From NCBI GenBank assembly GCA_904398315.1, contig CAJFPD010000023.1:2417-66416 (forward strand): 64,000 bases of DNA, read 5' to 3'. The translations under genes were made by a program, and so were the position numbers. Positions 29,741 to 37,257 of the stretch are shown here, in pieces. Numbering within the stretch: the stretch's first letter is position 1; each line of letters starts with the position of its first letter. Source of the stretch: Candidatus Alangreenwoodia gallinarii. Lineage in GTDB: Bacteria > Bacillota > Clostridia > Peptostreptococcales > Anaerovoracaceae. A model generated the notes under the pieces. The model was not told the origin of the DNA. It saw only the letters and a list, made by a program, of their open reading frames with translations, and searched no databases.

Positions 29741-30919
29741 CTATTCGAGATAATTTCTCATTCCGACCAGTCTTCCTTCTTTTCGGAAAAAACGCGGCAC
29801 ACGACGGCTGACAGCGCATACGACCTCATAACCGATGGTCCCGTATCTCGCTGCGACCTCATCGGCACTGATCTCCTCTTCCGCCTGTCTGCCGATCAGC
29901 GTAACTTCCTCTCCGGTTTTCACACCGGAAAATCCGCTCAGATCTATCATACACTGATCCATGCAGATATTTCCCAGCACATTCACCCGTTTTCCCCGGA
30001 AAAGAACCTGTGCTTTTCCGCTCTGAGCTCTCGAAAACCCATCCGCGTACCCGACACCGATCGTACCGATCTGTGAACCGGCGGGAGCCAGAAAATGCCC
30101 GCCGTAGCTCACCTCACGCTTCTCTTTCAGAGTCTGAACGTGAAGAATCCGCGTCCTGAAGGACATCACCGGTTTCAGAGATAGCAGGCTCTGATCCACC
30201 TCCGCTGATGGATAAATTCCGTATAAAATGATGCCCGGGCGCACCATATCGTGGTACGCCTGTGGCAGTTCCATGACAGCAGCGCTGTTAGCCGCATGCA
30301 GAAGACGCGGCGTTACACCCCGTTGGCGGAGCTTTTCCGCAAATTCCAGAAAAAGCCTGTGCTGCTTCAGCGTCTTTGTCTTATCCTTTTCATCCGCTGT
30401 CGCAAAGTGAGTGAAAAGCCCGTCGATCCTTACGCCCGGCAGAGATGCAACCTTTACCGCCGCCTCGATTCCCTCTTCGTCCGGAGAAAAGCCGATCCTC
30501 GTCATGCCGGTATCTACGGCAATGTGAACCAGAGCTTCTTTTCCGGTCTTTTCCGCCGCTGCCGAGAGAAGCCCGGCCTTCTCTGCGGATGTGACGGTGT
30601 GCTGGATCCCTGCCGCCACTGAAATTTCCTCCGATCCGCAGGGAATACCGCTCAGAACGAGAATATCTCTGTTCACACCGCATCGGCGCAGTTCCATAGC
30701 CTCATCCAGACTCGACACCGCAAACTGATCCGCACCGCTGTCCACAAGTGTCTGAATCAGCTCTTCCGCTCCGTGCCCGTAGGCGTTTGCCTTGACAACT
30801 GCCGCGATTTTCACATTTTTTCCGACCTTATGCCGGATCTGCTTCATATTATACGAAAGTGCGTCGAGATCGATCTCCGCCCATTTCGCCTCTTCTTCCA
30901 TCCGTTTCTGATAATCCAT
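29741..30919 (-). CDS. alr: Alanine racemase
   Basis: AVVKANAYGHG PLP-lysine motif. The ATG at 30919 follows AGAGGAAG. The track's 88-aa N-terminal extension overlaps etfA and is Arg-rich nonsense. Confidence 0.9.
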   Translation of the reverse strand: MDYQKRMEEEAKWAEIDLDALSYNMKQIRHKVGKNVKIAAVVKANAYGHGAEELIQTLVDSGADQFAVSSLDEAMELRRCGVNRDILVLSGIPCGSEEISVAAGIQHTVTSAEKAGLLSAAAEKTGKEALVHIAVDTGMTRIGFSPDEEGIEAAVKVASLPGVRIDGLFTHFATADEKDKTKTLKQHRLFLEFAEKLRQRGVTPRLLHAANSAAVMELPQAYHDMVRPGIILYGIYPSAEVDQSLLSLKPVMSFRTRILHVQTLKEKREVSYGGHFLAPAGSQIGTIGVGYADGFSRAQSGKAQVLFRGKRVNVLGNICMDQCMIDLSGFSGVKTGEEVTLIGRQAEEEISADEVAARYGTIGYEVVCAVSRRVPRFFRKEGRLVGMRNYLE

Positions 30920-31053
30920 TCCGTCTTCCTCTGTTTTTTTGCCGTATCTGTCTTTTGCAGCTTTCCGGTCCGGTTCTGCTGTTACTGCGCCATCTGCCGG
31001 TTCCGCCGCCCGTCCTTTCCGGTCCGATGAACTGCCTGTCCTTCTTCTCCGCC

Positions 31054-32061
31054 TTACTTGTCCAGCTCCTCCAGCAGCTTCGGAATCACTTCGAACAGAT
31101 CTCCGACGATACCGTAATCGGCAAAATTGAAAATCGCCGCATACCGGTGCGTATTGATGGCTATGACGATATCTGACTCCCACATGCCGACGATATGCTG
31201 CGTCGCACCGGAGATTCCGCAGGCAATGTAGATCTTCGGCTTTACCGTGGCTCCCGCCTGACCGACCTGATGTTCGAAACCGATCCAGCCGAGATCGACA
31301 GCCACGCGCGATGCGCCGACGACGCCGTTCAGTCTGTCTGCCAGTTTATAAATGATGTCAAATCCTTCCGGTCCTCCCACGCCTCTGCCGCCTGAAACGA
31401 TGATATCCGCATCTGTGAGAGCTACGGCCTTCTTGGCCAGTTTGGCAACTTCGCGGATCTGCGTCATCATATCGGAAGAATCCGCCTGACCCTGCACGCG
31501 GACAATCTCTCCGCTCCGGTCCGGCTCATACATACCTTCCAGAACACCGGGACGAGCGGTGATCAGAGCTGTCTTTTTCCCGTCGCGAAAGACGATTTTT
31601 CCGAGAAAATTTCCTCCGAATGACGTCTTATCAGCGGAAAGACGTCCGTTTTCATCGAAATAAACCCTTCCGCACTCCGATATGATACCCGTTTTCAACC
31701 GCGCCGCCAGGCGTGGAGCCAGATCACGGCGGTCAAATACCGATCCGAAGAGAAAGATCTTCGGACGGTACTCTCTCACCAGTTTTTCCAGCGCCCGTGT
31801 ATAGAGTTCGTTATTGTAACTGTCAAAAATGGTTTCATCCAGAACATAGACGATATCCGCCCCGTAAGAGATCAAATCTTTCCCATATTTTTCCACATCA
31901 CGCCCGATGATGACGGCACAGACCTTTCCGCGGGTATGCTCCGCAAGGCTGCGGGCCGCGCCCAGAAGCTCCCCCGTAACGTTGTGAAGTTTCTGGGGCG
32001 TATACTCCGCATACACCCAGATATCATCCGTTAATTGCGAATCTTCCGCTTCCCTCAACAA
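31054..32061 (-). CDS. etfA: Electron transfer flavoprotein alpha subunit
   Basis: C-terminal FAD-binding signature PKIYIACGISGATQHIVGM. The likely start is TTG at 32061, 7 nt after AAGGAGG. The track GTG at 32094 has no SD. Confidence 0.85.
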   Translation of the reverse strand: MLREAEDSQLTDDIWVYAEYTPQKLHNVTGELLGAARSLAEHTRGKVCAVIIGRDVEKYGKDLISYGADIVYVLDETIFDSYNNELYTRALEKLVREYRPKIFLFGSVFDRRDLAPRLAARLKTGIISECGRVYFDENGRLSADKTSFGGNFLGKIVFRDGKKTALITARPGVLEGMYEPDRSGEIVRVQGQADSSDMMTQIREVAKLAKKAVALTDADIIVSGGRGVGGPEGFDIIYKLADRLNGVVGASRVAVDLGWIGFEHQVGQAGATVKPKIYIACGISGATQHIVGMWESDIVIAINTHRYAAIFNFADYGIVGDLFEVIPKLLEELDK

Positions 32062-32144
32062 ATCATCTCCTCCTTCATATATTTCTACTAACACAGTATG
32101 CCATTTGCATCCCGTATCTTTATATCATTTTTTTGCACGCACAG

Positions 32145-32188
32145 GAAGACCTGCCGCGATTTTCATCAGAAAATCGCGGCAGGTCTTC
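32145..32188. repeat. Perfect 19-bp-stem hairpin in the acd-etfA spacer
   Basis: GAAGACCTGCCGCGATTTT (32145-32163) pairs with AAAATCGCGGCAGGTCTTC (32170-32188) across a 6-nt loop. No U-tail follows on the coding (minus) strand. Confidence 0.9.
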
Positions 32189-32223
32189 TTCAAAAGGATA
32201 TTTCCAGCGGATCCTGCTGCCGA

Positions 32224-32258
32224 CGGGTCCGTACGCGCCCGCCGCGCGTGCGGACCCG
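32224..32258. repeat. 15-bp-stem GC-rich hairpin just downstream of the acyl-CoA dehydrogenase stop
   Basis: 32224-32238 pairs with 32244-32258 (one G-U pair) across a 5-nt loop. No U-tail. Confidence 0.8.
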
Positions 32259-32266
32259 AAAACCGT

Positions 32267-33415
32267 TTATTTTCTCGGAGCGAAGGTATCGGCAGCTATG
32301 ACCATCTGCTGTACCTCCGACGTACCCTCGTAAATTTCCGTGATCTTGGCATCGCGGTACATTCTCTCGATCGGACGCTCTGCCATATATCCGTATCCGC
32401 CGTGATACTGGATAGATTTTCTGGTAAGATCCACTGCAGCTTCCGAAGCGGCCAGCTTCGCCATCGCAGCTTCCGCCTTGTAAGGCAGTCCCTTGTCTTT
32501 ATTATCTGCCGCACGATAAACGAGAAGACGCGCGGATTCCAGCTGCATTCTCAGTCTCGCCACCGAAAAGCGCAGCGTATCGAGACGGGACAGAGTGATA
32601 CCGAACTGTTCTCTCTCCATCATATAGTCGACCATGCGCTCAAACGCTCCCTCTGCGATACCCAGCGCCTGTGCTCCGACGCCGATTCTGCCGCCGTCCA
32701 GCGTGCCCATGGCCAGATCGAAGCCCTTGCCGAGTTCGCCCAGGAGATTTTCCTTCGGAACTCTGACATTTTCAAAATGCATCTCCGCTGTCTGAGATGC
32801 GCGCATACCCATCTTTCTTTCCAGTTTGCCCGTACGTATGCCTTCCGAAGCACCGTCCACGATAAATGCGGAAATTCCGCCGACGCCCTTGCTCTTATCC
32901 GTCATGGCAAACACGATATAGGTGCCGGCGATACCGCCGTTCGTTATGAATTTCTTATGCGCATTCAGCAGATAATAATCTCCTTTATCCTCTGCTGTCG
33001 CTTTCAGTCTGGACGCATCTGTACCCGCGTCCGGCTCTGTCAGACAGAATGCGCCGATTTTTCTTCCCGAAGCCAGATCCGGCAGGAATTTCTTCTTCTG
33101 TTCTTCCGTACCGTACATATAAATTGGACCGCCTACCAGCGAAGTATTAGCGGAGACGATGATTGCCGTGGAGGCGTCGATCTTGGCGATCTCTTCCACT
33201 ACGAGAGCGTAGGAGAGATAATCTGTGCCGCCGCCTTCATATTCTTTCGGAAACGGAAGACCGAGAAAGCCGAGCTCTCCCATTCTCTTCACATTTTCAT
33301 GCGGAAATTCTGCTTTTTCATCGAGTTCCGCCGCCACCGGCTCCACATATTCCTTTGCAAAATCTGCAGCCTTTTTTCTGATAGCTTCCTGTTCACTTGT
33401 CAACCTGAAATCCAT
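32267..33415 (-). CDS. Acyl-CoA dehydrogenase (butyryl-CoA dehydrogenase-like)
   Basis: 382 aa with typical ACAD motifs (FCLTEPDAGTD, GGYGY..ERMYRDAKITEIYEGTSE). GGATAGGAGG SD. Confidence 0.9.
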   Translation of the reverse strand: MDFRLTSEQEAIRKKAADFAKEYVEPVAAELDEKAEFPHENVKRMGELGFLGLPFPKEYEGGGTDYLSYALVVEEIAKIDASTAIIVSANTSLVGGPIYMYGTEEQKKKFLPDLASGRKIGAFCLTEPDAGTDASRLKATAEDKGDYYLLNAHKKFITNGGIAGTYIVFAMTDKSKGVGGISAFIVDGASEGIRTGKLERKMGMRASQTAEMHFENVRVPKENLLGELGKGFDLAMGTLDGGRIGVGAQALGIAEGAFERMVDYMMEREQFGITLSRLDTLRFSVARLRMQLESARLLVYRAADNKDKGLPYKAEAAMAKLAASEAAVDLTRKSIQYHGGYGYMAERPIERMYRDAKITEIYEGTSEVQQMVIAADTFAPRK

Positions 33416-33493
33416 AACAGCCTCCTATCCTTTATGTCCAAAGTCAACGATTTCCCCGTACGTTTATATTTTAACATCTTTTTTTCCGCTTGA

Positions 33494-34255
33494 CTACCCG
33501 TTTTCCTTGTCATACAAAGAAAGATTCTCTCTCATCTTCTCCAGCACTTTTTTTTCGATTCTGGACACCTGAACCTGAGAGATTCCGAGTATGTCGCCTG
33601 TCTGCTTCTGTGTCATATCTCCGAAATACCGCATGACGATGATTCTCCTTTCCCTCTCTCCCAGCTTGCCGATTACATTTTTCAGATCGATCAGGTCTGC
33701 TTCATCCTTTCCGTCTGACAGAGAAGAAACAGGACCTCCGTTTTCACTGTAGATCTCACCATCGAGACTTACGATGCCGCAGAGCGTATTTTTCGCCTCA
33801 AGAATCTCTGCCGTCTCCTCCGGAGTCCGCTGCAGAATCTCTGCCAGTTCTCTCACTCTCGGACTCCTGCCCTTTTCATGCATAAATGCTTCCTCCGCCG
33901 ATTTCAGCAGGCGGACATCCTGCTTCAGCTGCCGGCTCATCTTGATTTTTCCGTCATCGCGCAGATAACGCCGTATCTCCCCGATGATCATCGGCACGGC
34001 ATAGGTGGAAAACATGACGCCGTACCCCGGATCAAACCGGTCCACAGCTTTCAGAAGTCCCATATAACCGATCTGCATCAGATCTTCAAATTCACAGCTG
34101 CCTCCCGTAAATTTTCTGGCACTCATCGTGACCAGACCTCTGTTCTGCTGAACGATTTCCTCCAGTGCCTCCCGGTCTCCTGCCTGAGCCTTTTCTATCA
34201 GACGGTACGTCTCTTTCAGACGCGCCTGTTCCTGCTCATTCCGCATATCCGACAT
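33494..34255 (-). CDS. sigF: Sporulation sigma factor sigma-F
   Basis: FSTYAVPMIIGEIRRYLRDDG and GISQVQVSRIEKK motifs. Position directly after spoIIAA-spoIIAB. Confidence 0.9.
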   Translation of the reverse strand: MSDMRNEQEQARLKETYRLIEKAQAGDREALEEIVQQNRGLVTMSARKFTGGSCEFEDLMQIGYMGLLKAVDRFDPGYGVMFSTYAVPMIIGEIRRYLRDDGKIKMSRQLKQDVRLLKSAEEAFMHEKGRSPRVRELAEILQRTPEETAEILEAKNTLCGIVSLDGEIYSENGGPVSSLSDGKDEADLIDLKNVIGKLGERERRIIVMRYFGDMTQKQTGDILGISQVQVSRIEKKVLEKMRENLSLYDKENG

Positions 34256-34676
34256 CCAGCTTTTTTATCATCACGACTTCTGTCCCTCTGCCCGGTTCCG
34301 ACCGGACAGCCAGCCGGTCCGTAAAACTTTCCATGACGGTGAATCCCATGCCGGAACGCTCGCCGTCCGTATTCGTGGTAAACAGCGGTTCCATCGCTTT
34401 CTCCACATTTTCGATTCCCACGCCGTCATCGCGGATGACGATACGCACCCGTCCGTCTGCGGAATACTCACACTCCATGTGAATCATGCCCTCTCCGCCC
34501 CGGTAACCGTGAATCACAGCGTTGCTCACCGCCTCTGAAACGGCAGTCTTCACTTCCGTCACTTCCTCCACGACAGGATCCAGCGGCAGAAGAAATGCTC
34601 CCACCAGACTTCTGGCAAAGCCTTCATTTTCTGACCGGCTCTCAAACGATATCTGAAATCGGTTAACAGACTTCAT
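34236..34676 (-). CDS. spoIIAB: Anti-sigma-F factor (serine kinase) SpoIIAB
   Basis: E..SNAVIHGY N-box and GMGFTVMESF G-box. Start re-set to 34676 (MKSVNRFQISF), overlapping the spoIIAA end. Confidence 0.9.
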   Translation of the reverse strand: MKSVNRFQISFESRSENEGFARSLVGAFLLPLDPVVEEVTEVKTAVSEAVSNAVIHGYRGGEGMIHMECEYSADGRVRIVIRDDGVGIENVEKAMEPLFTTNTDGERSGMGFTVMESFTDRLAVRSEPGRGTEVVMIKKLDVGYAE

Positions 34677-35034
34677 TCCGTTTTCCTCCTTTCGCAAAAA
34701 TGTATTCCAGCGCTCTGTCTCTGGACTCTGCCTTCGGAACGAGCCGGAACAGGCCGGAAAGGCCCAGAATCCGGCTGACATAAGGACTCCCCGGAACGAT
34801 GATAAGCAGTCCGCCCAGTTCCTGCACCTTATTGAATCTCCCCAGCGCCAGACCGATTCCGGAACTGTCCATAAAGGAAACTGCGGAATAATCGAGTATC
34901 AGATTTTTCGCACGGAAAGCATTCATCGACTCGTCGATTTCCCGGCGGACGGATGCTGCACTGTGATGGTCGATTTCTCCGCAGAGACTGACGATCAGAA
35001 TATCTTCCGTAAAATCATACGTTGCATTTTTCAA
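34663..35034 (-). CDS. spoIIAA: Anti-sigma-F factor antagonist SpoIIAA (STAS domain)
   Basis: STAS fold with the phospho-serine motif FMDSSGIG. TTG start 6 nt after GGGGGAG. Confidence 0.9.
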   Translation of the reverse strand: MKNATYDFTEDILIVSLCGEIDHHSAASVRREIDESMNAFRAKNLILDYSAVSFMDSSGIGLALGRFNKVQELGGLLIIVPGSPYVSRILGLSGLFRLVPKAESRDRALEYIFAKGGKRNEVC

Positions 35035-35241
35035 GCCGATCTCCCCCTTCTCAGGAAAATTATAGCGTCATCCTCTTCTGTCTCCAGACAGACATTCACG
35101 CAAATTAAAACGTAATCTCCGCCGTTTTCACTCTATCTGTCTCTCTGCGACAAAATATACCGTTTCTTCCCGTCAAAAAATAATAAACCCCCGACACTCC
35201 GGCGGCCGGAGGGGTGAGGCCCTATATACCTATATATAAAT

Positions 35242-35281
35242 AAAAAAGTGCAGACAAGAAATCCGGGATTTCTTTCTGCAC
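35242..35281 (-). terminator. Intrinsic terminator after the response regulator gene
   Basis: On the minus strand GTGCAGAAAGAAAT pairs with ATTTCTTGTCTGCAC (one bulge), followed by TTTTTT. Confidence 0.6.
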
Positions 35282-35379
35282 ATGCTTCATAGTCATAGTC
35301 TGACGCATCGCTCTATAGCCTGCGTATAAACCCGGCATTGCGGCGTTCAAAAATCGCTGCAGTGCCTTTTTTCCGCCGC

Positions 35380-36084
35380 CTAAAGGTTCAGGCGGTATCC
35401 TGCGCCCCATACGGTTTCGATGATTTTCGGATTTCTGGCATCGTCTTCGATCTTTTCCCTGAGACGATTGATATGAACCGATACGGTGGCGGCATCGGAG
35501 ACATACTCATATCCCCATATTCTTTCAAACAGCTGTTCTTTCGAAAACACGATATTCGGATTCTGTGCCAGAAAGCGCAGCAGTTCAAATTCTCTGTTAG
35601 GCAGCTTCAGCTCCCTTCCGCCTTTCCACACCTTCCACGTCTTCGGTTCGATGATCACATCGCGGATGCGGATTTTCCCTTTATCCTCTCCGTTCGTCTC
35701 CTGATTTCTGTGGGCCGAAGTCAGCCTCTCATATCTCTTCAGATGAGAGCGCACCCGCGCCACCAGCTGAGAAGGATCAAAGGGCTTCGTTATGTAGTCA
35801 TCCGCTCCCAGACCGAGACCCCGGATTACGTCGATGCCGGAGCTTTTTGCCGTCACCATCAGGATCGGAATATCGATCTCATCGCGGATCTGTCTGCAGA
35901 CGTCGTATCCGCTGCATCCTGGCAGCATCACATCCAGCAGTATCAGATCATATGACTGTTTTCTGAGCCTTGAAACCGCCTCATTTCCGTCATGCAGAAT
36001 TTCTGTATCGAAGCCGTCGATTTCCAGATAATCCCGTTCCAGCTGAGCGATCTTTTCATCATCCTCTACGATCAGTATTTTCAT
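35380..36084 (-). CDS. OmpR/PhoB-family response regulator
   Basis: MKILIVEDD..DLILLDVMLPG receiver domain and a winged-helix C-terminus (LTNREFELL..RLREK..I.TVWG.GY). The start at 36084 overlaps the kinase stop (ATGA). Confidence 0.9.
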   Translation of the reverse strand: MKILIVEDDEKIAQLERDYLEIDGFDTEILHDGNEAVSRLRKQSYDLILLDVMLPGCSGYDVCRQIRDEIDIPILMVTAKSSGIDVIRGLGLGADDYITKPFDPSQLVARVRSHLKRYERLTSAHRNQETNGEDKGKIRIRDVIIEPKTWKVWKGGRELKLPNREFELLRFLAQNPNIVFSKEQLFERIWGYEYVSDAATVSVHINRLREKIEDDARNPKIIETVWGAGYRLNL

Positions 36085-37247
36085 TCCAGTCGACTTCCTT
36101 TCGGAAAGCACAGTCTGAGCAGAAGTCCTCCCGCATTCCGTGCGGTGATGGTTCCTCCGTGCCTTTCCACGATATATTTTACCACATAAAGGCCGACTCC
36201 GCTTCCCTTCTCTGTTCTGGATTCGTCACACCGATAGAAACGCTGAAAAATATCGTCCAGTTTCTCCTCCGGCACACCTTTTCCGTCGTCCCGCCACTCC
36301 AGCACTACGTGGTCTCCTTCTTCCCGGATATCCACGTAAATTTTCACGGGCAGCGTCCCGGCATACTTCATACTGTTTTCCAGAAGATTATCGAAGACGC
36401 GCGGAAGCTGTTCGATATCCATATCGATTTCGGGCAGAACTTCCGCTCCCTTTGTCAGAGTGATTTGTACCTTCTCACCGTCAAGCGCCGGCTCTCTCTG
36501 AGCCACCCAGGCTGCCGTAAACTCCGCCAGATCTCCCCGGACCATAAAAAAAGGAAGCTGTCCGCTCTCCAGCCTGGAAAAATCAAACAATTTCTGAAGC
36601 AGGACGTTCATCTCTTCTGTCGCCTCGTAGGCGGTGCGCAGATACAGCTCCTTCTTCTCCTCTGTTACAGCGACGCCGTCCAGGATTCCCTGGATATAGC
36701 CGCGCACGGAAGTCAGCGGTGTGCGCAGATCATGTGAAATTCCCGTCACCATGTCAGATCTGGCCTTCTCTTCCTTCAGACGCTGCTCCTGACTCTCCAG
36801 AATCGCTTTCTGCATGTCGTTAAACGTCCGGCACACGTCTTCAAATTCCTCTTCGCCGTGGTAGACGATGTCCTCTTTCAGGTTGCCTCTGCGTATTCTC
36901 TCCGCTCCCTCCGCCAGAGCTTCCAGAGGTTCCATGACTCGTTTGCTGAGTCTTCCGGCAAAGATACCCGAAAGCACCAGAAGAACGCAGATTGCGGCCA
37001 TACCTGCCACAAGACAGGTGAAAAAGAAAGCGGAAAAGAACGCCGCGTGATCCGTACTTCCGTCCGTCTCCCCGTTTCCGTAAAACTCCGGATTGTCGAG
37101 AATCGTCTCTTCGAGAAGAGATGCCGCAGCAGCCACTACGAGTACCAGAATCAGAAGTGCCAGCAGAAGCATTATCATAATCGAACGGAACATTCTCTTT
37201 TTCAGCGACATTTTCTTCAGAACCATTCTGGATCTGGAACCCTGCAT
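36081..37247 (-). CDS. Sensor histidine kinase, two TM helices with a very short outer loop, HAMP domain
   Basis: H-box SHDLRTPLTS, N-box DNLLENSMKYA, G-box GSGVGLYVVK. TM1 ends AAAASLL and TM2 starts AAFFSAFFF, leaving about 22 residues between them. Confidence 0.85.
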   Translation of the reverse strand: MQGSRSRMVLKKMSLKKRMFRSIMIMLLLALLILVLVVAAAASLLEETILDNPEFYGNGETDGSTDHAAFFSAFFFTCLVAGMAAICVLLVLSGIFAGRLSKRVMEPLEALAEGAERIRRGNLKEDIVYHGEEEFEDVCRTFNDMQKAILESQEQRLKEEKARSDMVTGISHDLRTPLTSVRGYIQGILDGVAVTEEKKELYLRTAYEATEEMNVLLQKLFDFSRLESGQLPFFMVRGDLAEFTAAWVAQREPALDGEKVQITLTKGAEVLPEIDMDIEQLPRVFDNLLENSMKYAGTLPVKIYVDIREEGDHVVLEWRDDGKGVPEEKLDDIFQRFYRCDESRTEKGSGVGLYVVKYIVERHGGTITARNAGGLLLRLCFPKGSRLE

Positions 37248-37257
37248 TTTTCGTTAC

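Noticed and set aside
30920-31183. 88-aa N-terminal extension of the alr ORF in the track
   Set aside because: It overlaps the 3' end of etfA, is Arg/Gly/Ala-rich, and the canonical Alr N-terminus with a good SD begins at 30919. Similar extensions were trimmed for purD, purN, purL, mmdA, phaE, spoIIAB, the response regulator, the ATPase, minD and the Dfx-like gene.
35035-35241. Possible Spo0A box (TGCGACA, 35146-35152; 6/7 match to TTCGACA) and a sigma-H-like promoter upstream of spoIIAA
   Set aside because: This is a single imperfect box. I could not place convincing sigma-H -35/-10 elements at the correct spacing. It is plausible biologically but is not supported well enough to call as a feature.
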